Source: Kiritimatiellia bacterium
GTDB taxonomy: Bacteria; Verrucomicrobiota; Kiritimatiellia; CAIVKH01
Length of the DNA: 64,000 bases
Direction: 5' to 3'
Assembly (NCBI GenBank): GCA_027493775.1
Contig: JAOSKE010000003.1
Location: 76,350 to 140,349 of the forward strand
Shown here: positions 55,847-64,000 of the stretch, piece by piece
How positions within the stretch are numbered: position 1 is the stretch's first letter
Layout: every line of letters begins with the position of its first letter
The notes under the pieces: model-generated
The model's input: only the letters and a program-made list of their open reading frames with translations
Told to the model about the DNA's origin: nothing
Database searches by the model: none
Made by a program: the position numbers and the translations under genes

Positions 55847-57856
55847 TCAAGGTTGCGGTAGCAGCTCGACCGACTCAACGAACAAGCTTGTCTGTGCTCC
55901 AGCGCGCGTTGCATCGCGCAACACGATGGTATTCTCGCCCGGCTGGAGCGTGATCGGTCCGGCTTCGATTCCGACCAGTTGTCCTGCGGGAAATTCACGA
56001 GTCGTCACGCCTGCAATATTCACAATCTTTGTTCCGCCTACTGCAGCGGCGCGAAGGTGCAGGCGCACCGAAGCAGCTCTGTCTTCCAGCCAAAAGACAC
56101 GGAGCGTTGCGCTCTGTTGCAGGACTTTATAGTCGTCAAAACGCTGTGTCTCGCGCCAGGGCTTGGCGTAGCCCCAGTCAGAACCGTACAGGATAAGCGA
56201 GGGGCTTCCGGCCGCGCGCGCCTTCGCGAGTATATCCTCTGTGGTGTTGTAGTAGATATTTACCAACACGCGATTCGTGGTCGCATCAAAATAATCCTCG
56301 CGATTGGCCAACCCGTACTCGCGCAATTTCAGCGCGGCGGTATTCGTAATGACCACTTGATGCGCGAAATATTGCGACGGCCACGACCACCGGCCGGTAG
56401 CCGGGCGCGTCCAATAGTTCCGCGCAATTTCCATATATGCGGCGTCCGGGTATTTAGCGAAGAACTTCAACACCGTATCCCGCCAATGGTTCGCCAGAAA
56501 TTGATCGTACGGCTCATCCGGCACGGTAAATGTAACCGTGACATTCGTTGGCTGATACAGCGCCATCTCGTTCCACGGTTCATACCAACGGTCCACCACT
56601 ACCAACGTCCCGCGCGGGAGATTGGAGTCCAACCAAGAGGAAATAGCTTTGTACGGTGTGGGCTTGCCGGTTAGCTGGGTGGAAAGCCAGGCAGGATAGA
56701 GATTGACTAGTGCGAGCGCGATAACGCCGATTTGCAATAGTCCGTCGGATGTTCCCTTGACGCGCGCCGCAAGAAACTCAGCCAACTGGCGAAGACCGAT
56801 TACAAGAATGCACAGGTAAAGGGGAAGGTATGCGAGCATGTAACGCGAGTAAAACCCAGCGCCCGTCGCTTCGCGACCGACCAAGAAGGATGCCATTCCA
56901 ATGGCCCACGCCCCCGGAATGACCCACAGCCACTTTTCGCGACGGCCAAGGACGCCCAGACCCCAAAGGCCAGAAAGAAACAGGAGGACCGTTAGCGCGA
57001 TCCGCCCCACCCCGCGCCCGACAAAGAACGCGGTCGCGGACGTGCCCATCATCTGCGGAAGTGAGGGTCCGCCCTCAAAGACGCGTCGCGCCCATGAACG
57101 CATTTCTTCCGACGAACTTTTGAGCAACTGCGGAACACCCCAATCCACAAACAACACCGGTAGTCCGACGACAACCGATGCGCCGACCAAAATCCACGCG
57201 CGTGTGGCAACAGCAGAAACCCGTCTGGCGTGAAGCAACGTGAATAGCGCCGAGGCGCCAGCAAGCACTAACGCGGCGAACCAGCCAGAGGGTTGGCTGT
57301 AGATCATCAAGAACATGCCGCCGAGATGGGTTGCAAAGCGCCACGCAGAAATCTGTTCTTCGCGCAAAAGCCAGCCGCGCACAGCATCCAGGGCGGCGAT
57401 GGGTAAGAGAAATGAACCGAGGACCATCGGCGGATAGAAGTATGCCTCGCGGCTGGTCAGAATCAGGTAGGGATTGAACGCCACCGTCAGCGCGAGCGCA
57501 AAGGCCGTCACCCGTCCGCCGAGTCGTCGTCCAAGACACCACGCTGCCAACACGGCTGCAATGCCCCACATCGCGGCGGGCAACCGTTCGGTGAAATGGC
57601 TCGGATCCAAATGGAACAGGTTGAGGAAGGCCTCCGTGATCGCCATCGGAAACGGCAACTGTGCGGAAATTCCCATCAGTTGCAGCCACTTGCTCATGAT
57701 GGTCCAGGCGCCGTCCACCTGTCGCGTGATGTTGTAGAAAAGAATCGTATCTGCGCGGAATGCGGGAACGGCCAAGTGATAGAGGCGGAAAAACGCTCCT
57801 GCAGCCAGTGCACTGAGAAGCGGAATCCAGCAGAACAATTTTTTGTTGGAACTCAT
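55847..57856 (-). CDS. GT39/GT83-type (PMT/ArnT-like) polytopic membrane glycosyltransferase
   Basis: 669-aa ORF with about 11-13 N-terminal TM helices and a soluble C-terminal domain. This is the typical ArnT/PMT architecture. Confidence 0.6.
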   Translation of the reverse strand: MSSNKKLFCWIPLLSALAAGAFFRLYHLAVPAFRADTILFYNITRQVDGAWTIMSKWLQLMGISAQLPFPMAITEAFLNLFHLDPSHFTERLPAAMWGIAAVLAAWCLGRRLGGRVTAFALALTVAFNPYLILTSREAYFYPPMVLGSFLLPIAALDAVRGWLLREEQISAWRFATHLGGMFLMIYSQPSGWFAALVLAGASALFTLLHARRVSAVATRAWILVGASVVVGLPVLFVDWGVPQLLKSSSEEMRSWARRVFEGGPSLPQMMGTSATAFFVGRGVGRIALTVLLFLSGLWGLGVLGRREKWLWVIPGAWAIGMASFLVGREATGAGFYSRYMLAYLPLYLCILVIGLRQLAEFLAARVKGTSDGLLQIGVIALALVNLYPAWLSTQLTGKPTPYKAISSWLDSNLPRGTLVVVDRWYEPWNEMALYQPTNVTVTFTVPDEPYDQFLANHWRDTVLKFFAKYPDAAYMEIARNYWTRPATGRWSWPSQYFAHQVVITNTAALKLREYGLANREDYFDATTNRVLVNIYYNTTEDILAKARAAGSPSLILYGSDWGYAKPWRETQRFDDYKVLQQSATLRVFWLEDRAASVRLHLRAAAVGGTKIVNIAGVTTREFPAGQLVGIEAGPITLQPGENTIVLRDATRAGAQTSLFVESVELLPQP

Positions 57857-58716
57857 AATTTCTGAAGTACGAAAGCTCGATTGCCGCGAGGATATAAGCG
57901 AGCCCAGATCAGCGCCAGCGGCAAGAAGAAAAGAAAAGGCATCGGACGGTAGCGCCCGGTCAGCGCGATACAGAGACTTGCCGCCATCGTATTCGGAAAC
58001 GGCACGTAGCCGTCGCGCTGCAATGAAAGGCCGACCTCCTCAAGAATCGGGGCAAGCTGTTGCGGATTGGGGAAACAAATATGGCGTGGCGCATCAAAGC
58101 CGTGCCAGCGCGAGCCGAACCAGCGAAATTCCACGTTCTCAAGATTCGGCACCACTGCGCGCAGCACACCACCCGGCTTTAACAACCCGCTGATCACGCG
58201 CAGCGTTCCGCGCAGGTCCGTCAAATGCTCCATCACAAAGTGCATCGTCACGACATCCACACGCCCCGCCAACACGGCCTGCATCGCCGCGAGATCGTGA
58301 AACACCGTCGTGCTCACCCTCCGCGAAACATCCTCCGATTGCGCCGCAGTCGGCTCAAATCCATAAGCAGCAGAAACGTGAGGGGCCGCGTCCCGCAAGA
58401 ACCACCCATCGCCACACCCGTAATCGAGCAGCACCTGATCCTTGTTCAGTGTGGCGAGATCGTAATACACCGGACGCATCACAACGCGACGCATCACCTC
58501 GTGCAGCCACGCCTTCCTTGCGTGAACCGGATACCCCGCATAAAACGGCCCCACATCCGTTGGCAGAGGAATCTGCTGCACCAACCCACATGCGTTGCAG
58601 CGCGCATAGTCCACGCGGATTCCGGTGGGCAGAAAATAATCCGGCACCTGCGAGAAAAGCGGGGTTGCGGAGGACGCCCCACAAACGATGCAGCAAACGG
58701 ACTCGGCCACGCTCAA
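57853..58716 (-). CDS. Class I SAM-dependent methyltransferase with an N-terminal Cys4 zinc-ribbon
   Basis: CCIVCG…CNACG zinc ribbon plus motif I LLDYGCGDGWF. Start and stop overlap the neighbouring genes by 4 nt each. Confidence 0.65.
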   Translation of the reverse strand: MSVAESVCCIVCGASSATPLFSQVPDYFLPTGIRVDYARCNACGLVQQIPLPTDVGPFYAGYPVHARKAWLHEVMRRVVMRPVYYDLATLNKDQVLLDYGCGDGWFLRDAAPHVSAAYGFEPTAAQSEDVSRRVSTTVFHDLAAMQAVLAGRVDVVTMHFVMEHLTDLRGTLRVISGLLKPGGVLRAVVPNLENVEFRWFGSRWHGFDAPRHICFPNPQQLAPILEEVGLSLQRDGYVPFPNTMAASLCIALTGRYRPMPFLFFLPLALIWARLYPRGNRAFVLQKL

Positions 58717-59336
58717 CTCTCCCGCTGGCGTGCTGGCGTTTCGCCATCGCGAATGAGTTTAAGCGCTTCGGCCAGATTGCGGCATACGAAGTCCGGTTCA
58801 CCTCCGGCGCAATCCAGAAATCGCTCGGCCATGGACCACTTCAATGCGGTGAGGAGAATCGTGCGGCATCCTGCGCGACGCCCCGCTGCAACGTCCACCA
58901 AGCCATCGCCGATCATCCAACTCGTGGCGAGATCAATATCGAAATCACGCGCGGCATCCAGCAGCAAGCCGGATGCCGGCTTCCGGCACGCACATGTTTT
59001 AACAAAAATCGGGTTTCCGCCCGGACACGGGCCGGGATGATGTGGACAAAACCGCAGCTCGTCCCACTGTCCACCATCAACGGCGAGCTGACGCGCCAGC
59101 TCCTTGTTCACACTATTCAAGGAGGCAATTTTCAGAGTCCCTTTCGCAATGCCGGGTTGATTCGTTACAACGACGACGAAATTGCCCGCTGCGCGGATTT
59201 CGCGCAAGAACGCCCCCGCGCCAGGAACGGCCTCCACCTGGCCGCGGCGGCGCGGAGAATCGAGAATACCATGCGTCTCGTCGAAGACCATTCGATTCAA
59301 CACGCCATCGCGATCTATAAAAACTGCGCTCTTCAT
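58713..59336 (-). CDS. gmhB: D-glycero-D-manno-heptose 1,7-bisphosphate 7-phosphatase (HAD family)
   Basis: FIDRDGVLN (DxDGV motif) and a zinc-binding C-x-H…C-x-C cluster (CPHHPGPCPGG…CACRKP), typical of GmhB. Confidence 0.7.
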   Translation of the reverse strand: MKSAVFIDRDGVLNRMVFDETHGILDSPRRRGQVEAVPGAGAFLREIRAAGNFVVVVTNQPGIAKGTLKIASLNSVNKELARQLAVDGGQWDELRFCPHHPGPCPGGNPIFVKTCACRKPASGLLLDAARDFDIDLATSWMIGDGLVDVAAGRRAGCRTILLTALKWSMAERFLDCAGGEPDFVCRNLAEALKLIRDGETPARQRES

Positions 59337-60037
59337 ACTCCGTTGCTGCTCAACACCTGTTCCAATTCCCGCAGCCCCTCCGGTTTGCCAATTTCGTAAA
59401 AACGTTGAGGCGCTTCATACGCCGCAAGTTCCTTGGCCGCTACAAGATCGGTCACAATAGCTGCCATGTCCAACGGTAGCGAGGTCGAAGCATATCGCGC
59501 AATGACGTCGCGCTTGTAGGCGAGCAGTCCGTAGTCAATCCAATCGGCCGCTTCCGGCTGCGCCTTCTTGGAATAGAACGTGACGCGATCGCCCTCCACT
59601 CGCGCATTGCTCGCATCCCACGCGCCTTTATTTCGAAAAACCGTCATCAACGCAGGCGCTTTCGCCGCGTGGAACGCATCAATCACAGGAGAATAGGGAA
59701 TCGGCAAATAGGAGTCGCCATACATCACCAAAAATTCATCGGCCAACAACGGGAGCGCATGAACCAGCGCGCCGCCAGTACCCAAAAGCCGCTGGGGATC
59801 TTCGCAGGCGTATTGCACACGCAGCCCCCACGCGCGGCCGTCTCCAACATGCTTCATGAGTTGATCACCCAGGTGTCCAATGGACAGAACGACATCCAGC
59901 AATCCATTCTTTCTCAACAAATCGAACTGCCATTCGATAAACGGTCGTCCCGCGACAGGCATCAACGCCTTTGGGCGCAGCGGGTCAATCGCGCGAAGAC
60001 GCGTCCCCAATCCGCCGGCAAGAATTACGATTTGCAC
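59333..60037 (-). CDS. hddC: D-glycero-alpha-D-manno-heptose 1-phosphate guanylyltransferase-like nucleotidyltransferase
   Basis: IVILAGGLGTRL…MPVAGRPFIE… is the sugar-nucleotidyltransferase N-terminus. The start is ambiguous: a GTG near 60037 or an ATG at 60079 that would overlap the upstream gene. Confidence 0.6.
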   Translation of the reverse strand: MQIVILAGGLGTRLRAIDPLRPKALMPVAGRPFIEWQFDLLRKNGLLDVVLSIGHLGDQLMKHVGDGRAWGLRVQYACEDPQRLLGTGGALVHALPLLADEFLVMYGDSYLPIPYSPVIDAFHAAKAPALMTVFRNKGAWDASNARVEGDRVTFYSKKAQPEAADWIDYGLLAYKRDVIARYASTSLPLDMAAIVTDLVAAKELAAYEAPQRFYEIGKPEGLRELEQVLSSNGV

Positions 60038-61362
60038 GAGATCGCCTTTCGTCCCCGCCCAATGTCGAAGTATTGCCATCCCGCATCCTCGGCCCGACGC
60101 GCATCCCACAAAGGCGCGGTATCAATCAAAACGGGGTTCCGCACCGACGCGCACCATGCCGCGAGGTCCCCATCGCGATATTCCGCCCACGGCGTCATCA
60201 AGACCACGGCATCGGCATCGCGAATCGCTTCACCCACTGATTCGTGAAACGCCAGACCGCGTATGGCGGCCACTTCCGCACGGTCTGCGCGCGGATCGGT
60301 GGCACTGACTCGCGCACCCTCGCGCAGTAGCGCGTCTGCCAATTCAACGGCGGCCGAACGGCGCAGCGTACTGGTGTCCGGCTTGTAGGTTAGCCCGAGA
60401 ATCGCAATGCGGCGGTCGGAGAGCGACCCGCCGAGCACAACGCGCAGCTTTCGCAATACAATCTGATTCTGGGCGGCATTTGCGCGCCAAAGTCCGTCCA
60501 GGAATGGCGTATCCAGCCGGGCCGCGTCGCCGACCGTGCGCAGGGTCTGCACATCGCGCGCCAGTGTGCCGCCAGCGAAACCGAGACCGGGGAAGAGCAT
60601 CGCTTTCGGGCCGACACGAGGCTCGCGCCGGAGAATTTCTGCAATCCGATGCCCGTCCGCCCCCACCTCATCGCAGAGATTTCCCACTTCATTCGCAAAC
60701 GTAATGGTGCTCGCCAGAAACGTGTTCAACGCGTGCTTCACCATTTCCGCCGTTCTCAGGGACACGCGATCCCACCGAATTTCATCTGGCCATAGCGCGA
60801 CGAGTCGATCCATTGTTCCGGGATCGTCCGATCCCAACACCGGCAGCGGGGGATTCAAAAAGCGTTCAAGCGCCTGTCCGAGGCGCAGATTTTCAGGGCC
60901 GTATGCAATGCCGCCGCGCCAGTCAGGACGCGCCTGACTCAACGCGGCCCGCAGCCGGTCACATGTTCCCACCGGAACCTGTGCCGTCACAAAGACGACC
61001 GTGTCCTTGCGAAGGATGGGCGGCAAGAGTGCCGCCGACTCAAAAACACAGGTCGGATCACTCTCGTCGCGCTCGTTCACCGGCGTGTCGTGCATGAGCA
61101 TCACCACATCCGGCGGCGTCGCATCGCGAAGATCATCAAGCCAGCGCAAACGGCCTGCCGCTTCTTGTTCGGCAAGAAGCTCGGCAAGGCCCGGTTCAAA
61201 TACCGGCTGCTTTCCAGCGCGCAACAGGGCGCCGCGCTCGGGATCCAGGTCATAGCCCTCCACGTGATGACCCCGTCCGGCGAGACACGCAGCACCGACG
61301 ACTCCCTGATGCCAAAGGCCGTTGATTACGATCCGCATGGGTGATTCAGCGCACGGCGTCAA
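60025..61362 (-). CDS. UDP-glucose/GDP-mannose dehydrogenase-family protein, apparently lacking the catalytic Cys (GFAGGTLARD instead of GFGGSCFPKD) and with a degenerate N-terminal GxGxxG
   Basis: Family-wide blocks are recognisable: …AEMVKHALNTFLASTITFANEVGNLCDEVGADGHRIAEIL…, …LFPGLGFAGGTLARD…. In my alignment the nucleophile position is Thr. Confidence 0.5.
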   Translation of the reverse strand: MTPCAESPMRIVINGLWHQGVVGAACLAGRGHHVEGYDLDPERGALLRAGKQPVFEPGLAELLAEQEAAGRLRWLDDLRDATPPDVVMLMHDTPVNERDESDPTCVFESAALLPPILRKDTVVFVTAQVPVGTCDRLRAALSQARPDWRGGIAYGPENLRLGQALERFLNPPLPVLGSDDPGTMDRLVALWPDEIRWDRVSLRTAEMVKHALNTFLASTITFANEVGNLCDEVGADGHRIAEILRREPRVGPKAMLFPGLGFAGGTLARDVQTLRTVGDAARLDTPFLDGLWRANAAQNQIVLRKLRVVLGGSLSDRRIAILGLTYKPDTSTLRRSAAVELADALLREGARVSATDPRADRAEVAAIRGLAFHESVGEAIRDADAVVLMTPWAEYRDGDLAAWCASVRNPVLIDTAPLWDARRAEDAGWQYFDIGRGRKAISCKS

Positions 61363-62380
61363 AGTCGTCGAACGGGCTCATGTCGGTGACGACTTTGGCG
61401 CCCTGCATGGAGGGGAAAAAGCTGACACGCGGCATTCTGTGGCCCGCCATAAACTCATCCAGCTCGCGCCCCCTTTTTGTGCTGTAAAGCATGACAAACC
61501 CGCCGCCGCCCGCGCCGATGATCTTGCCGCCGAGCACGCCAAAGTCCTTCTTGGTCTGATCATACAGTTGATCGAGCACGGAGAGACTGATGCCGGGAGA
61601 CATTGCGCGCTTGTGCATCCAGTGCTGGTCCATCAAGACGGCAAAACGGTCAAGATCGCGATCGGCAAACGCCGTTCGGATTTCGCGCCCGAGTCCCTTG
61701 ATTTTCAAGAGGCTGTCGACCACTCGCTGATGGTCCGGGCGCGCCTCCTTCGCGGCGGCGTCGCTCTGCGCTTTCAACACCGCCCGCGCGGAACGTTGAA
61801 TGCCCGTGTAATACATGCGCGCTTTGGACACCAATTCATTCACCATGACGAAATCCACCGGTGCCGCCGTCGCGGTTACGCGACCGTCTTTGGCGATGTC
61901 CAGCTCTTGAAAGCCTCCGAGTGCGGCGATGTATTGGTCCTGCTTGCCGACCGGATCTTTGAGAATGTCGATTTCGATGCGGCAGGCCTCCTCCGCCACC
62001 TCTTGCGGCGCGCCGGGCATCCGCTTATAAGCGCGAATCGCGGTCAACAGTCCGACCGTGTACGCGCCGGAGGAACCCAGGCCCGCCTTGGCGGGCATAT
62101 CCGCGATGCTTGTCAGTTCGATATGGTCGCGCACGTCGTGAAGTTTCAAGGCTTCACGGGCAAGCGGGTGCTTGATTTCCTCAATGGAGTCCACGGTCTC
62201 CACATTGCTGTAGCGAATCACGATTTTGGGGGCCGCGAGCGGACGACGATTCAGGCAGATGTACATGTATTTGTTGATCGCCATCGTGAAGACGTAACCG
62301 CCGTGTTCTCGATAGAATGAGGGCAGATCGGTCCCGCCACCGCCAAGGGTGATGCGAAAGGGCGTACGTGTAACAATCAT
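61346..62380 (-). CDS. hddA: D-glycero-alpha-D-manno-heptose 7-phosphate kinase (GHMP kinase)
   Basis: MIVTRTPFRITLGGGGTDLPSFY… and PAKAGLGSSGA (GHMP motif 2) are present. Confidence 0.75.
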   Translation of the reverse strand: MIVTRTPFRITLGGGGTDLPSFYREHGGYVFTMAINKYMYICLNRRPLAAPKIVIRYSNVETVDSIEEIKHPLAREALKLHDVRDHIELTSIADMPAKAGLGSSGAYTVGLLTAIRAYKRMPGAPQEVAEEACRIEIDILKDPVGKQDQYIAALGGFQELDIAKDGRVTATAAPVDFVMVNELVSKARMYYTGIQRSARAVLKAQSDAAAKEARPDHQRVVDSLLKIKGLGREIRTAFADRDLDRFAVLMDQHWMHKRAMSPGISLSVLDQLYDQTKKDFGVLGGKIIGAGGGGFVMLYSTKRGRELDEFMAGHRMPRVSFFPSMQGAKVVTDMSPFDDFDAVR

Positions 62381-62398
62381 CGGAGACTCTCCTGCGAA

Positions 62399-63136
62399 TC
62401 AAGCAATGGTGAATCGGCTCTTTTGTGCGTCGTTATAAAACATCTTCACGGTGTCGAGAGACAAATCCTCCAGCGACATGCCAAACTTTGTGCATTTCGC
62501 CAAAATATCCGGCGTGACGGTGATGATGTGACATCCCATCTGCTCCGCCTGCATGATGTTCAGCGGCTCGCGTGGACTCGCCCACAACAATTCGGCGGCG
62601 GGCCTAGCCTTGAGCATCTGCAACGCCTCTTTCATCAACGGCAGCGGATCGCGGCCGGTATCGGCGATGCGACCGGCAAAAACAGAGACAAACGCCGGCA
62701 CGTCGGGCTGAAGCGCATCGAGCACCACACGCACCTGCTCCAACGAAAGAATCGCGGTGATGTTGAGTTGAATGCCCTCTTTGTGCAGTTTCGCAATCAA
62801 TGAAGCGGCGGATTCTCGACGGGTATTTGTCACCGGAATCTTCACAAAAACATTCGGCGCAAACGCCGCGAGTTTGCGCGCCTGCTGCTCCATTTCGTCG
62901 AATTCATCGGAGAACACTTCGAATGAAACGGGCTTGTCCGTGACCACGCGCAACACCTCGCGCGCGAACACTTCGTAGTTCGTGATCCCGGCCTTGGCCA
63001 TCAAGGTCGGATTTGTCGTGAAGCCTTTCACAAGGCCACGCTGATTCGCCTCAATGATGGAATCCAGATCGGCGCCGTCGCCAAATATCTTGATCCGCAT
63101 TTGATCCAGGCGCTGAATTGTCGCGTTTTCAGACAT
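62399..63136 (-). CDS. Transaldolase / fructose-6-phosphate-aldolase-family enzyme (probable sedoheptulose-7-phosphate supplier)
   Basis: MRIKIFGDGADL…TTNPTL…VFVKIPVT…; this is the short (TalC/FSA) type. Confidence 0.65.
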   Translation of the reverse strand: MSENATIQRLDQMRIKIFGDGADLDSIIEANQRGLVKGFTTNPTLMAKAGITNYEVFAREVLRVVTDKPVSFEVFSDEFDEMEQQARKLAAFAPNVFVKIPVTNTRRESAASLIAKLHKEGIQLNITAILSLEQVRVVLDALQPDVPAFVSVFAGRIADTGRDPLPLMKEALQMLKARPAAELLWASPREPLNIMQAEQMGCHIITVTPDILAKCTKFGMSLEDLSLDTVKMFYNDAQKSRFTIA

Positions 63137-63187
63137 TAGAACCCCCGGCTGCGGCAGCATCTACCGCTATTCCAATAGTGAACACGG

Positions 63188-63790
63188 TCATTTTTTGACA
63201 GCAGATTCCCACTTCGTTGTGGCCGCCTGCACCTTGGGATGGGATACGAGCAGATGACCGATCACTGAGTGGAACGATTCGGTATGCGGCGTAATTCGCT
63301 CTGAAGCAACCACCGGAATAATCACACAAGCATCCGCCACTTTAGCAGTGTAGCCGCCATCACGGCCCACTACGCCAATAATTTTTGATCCGACCTCGCG
63401 AGCAAGCTCCAGCGCCTTCACGAGATTTGGACTGATGTTTCGCTCCGCATCGCCGCCGCCGACGGAAAGGATGAACACCACATCTCTTGTGTCCAGACGA
63501 CTTCCTTTCAGCCATGCGGAAAACGTCGTGGCCCAGCCCTCGTCGTTGGTGCGCGCGGTCAATTCGGCCACGTTGTCAGTGGGGGCATAGGTTTCCAGCG
63601 ACGCAATTTTTCGCAGGTCATTGACCAGATGCGACGCTGAAGCCGCGCTGCCGCCGACGCCGAGAACGAATACACGCCCCTCGGCAGCGCGACAGTCCGC
63701 TAGAATTTCCGCCATCCGCTCCGCCGCAGCGCGATCTATGCGCGCGCAGATGGCAGCAGCCTCTTCAAGAAACATATCTGCAAAAGACAT
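63188..63790 (-). CDS. gmhA: Phosphoheptose isomerase (SIS domain)
   Basis: 200-aa ORF with an SIS domain (…RVFVLGVGGSAASASHLVNDL…VVFILSVGGG…). Confidence 0.75.
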   Translation of the reverse strand: MSFADMFLEEAAAICARIDRAAAERMAEILADCRAAEGRVFVLGVGGSAASASHLVNDLRKIASLETYAPTDNVAELTARTNDEGWATTFSAWLKGSRLDTRDVVFILSVGGGDAERNISPNLVKALELAREVGSKIIGVVGRDGGYTAKVADACVIIPVVASERITPHTESFHSVIGHLLVSHPKVQAATTKWESAVKK

Positions 63791-64000
63791 CCTGCTATTC
63801 TAAATATCCGCAGGTCGAAGTCAACGGGCAAGCAATCTGAGGACGCCGACAGGAATCAGCGAATGCGAAAGCGGCGATCCGCTTCCGCTCCCTGCCCTCT
63901 GAACGGGCCATTTGGGGGACCAGACGCGCCACGGTTCGCTGAACTCCCAGTTCCATTATCTCGCGTGGACAAGCTCCCTAGTGGCCAACTGATAAAATTC

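Overview
This is a high-GC (roughly 60-65% by eye) chromosomal window from a Gram-negative (diderm) bacterium. Its envelope gene content (BamD-like, LptE-like, ExbB/ExbD, Wzx, heptose pathway), many TPR proteins and giant secreted proteins, and the 16S sequence are compatible with a PVC-type organism (Verrucomicrobia/Opitutae-like); that placement is a guess. Gene layout in window order: gatB(partial)-gatA-gatC-serA operon (minus strand); TehA-like transporter; BamD-like plus LptE-like outer-membrane biogenesis pair; rpsT; an unusual LPS-kinase-like/HExxH membrane-domain fusion gene coupled to a SAM methyltransferase; a small exopolysaccharide locus (AlgX/AlgJ-like exported protein, GT4 glycosyltransferase, Wzx flippase); rpsA; a complete rRNA operon on the minus strand (16S, tRNA-Ala, tRNA-Ile, 23S, 5S); pyrF plus a HAD hydrolase; recG; mutL; an ExbB-ExbD-ExbD-TPR-giant TPR operon with no TonB; an L,D-transpeptidase; a large internally duplicated secreted Ig-like protein; tsaD; ctpA; comEC; an AraC regulator next to a 1204-aa secreted metallophosphatase with thrombospondin-3 repeats; tRNA-Pro(GGG); cysE; and a roughly 11-kb glycan locus encoding the full GDP-D-glycero-alpha-D-manno-heptose pathway (gmhA, transaldolase, hddA, hddC, gmhB) together with a Zn-ribbon methyltransferase, a GT39/83-type membrane glycosyltransferase, two divergent GT2 genes flanking a twin-palindrome operator candidate, and a UDP-glucose-dehydrogenase-family protein that appears to lack the catalytic cysteine. 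No CRISPR array, transposase or integrase was seen. Important caveat: at least 13 genes, including the essential-type genes recG, mutL, rpsA, ctpA and cysE, appear split by 1-bp indels, almost all in A/T/G/C homopolymer runs. I interpret these as assembly or sequencing artefacts and annotated merged genes accordingly.
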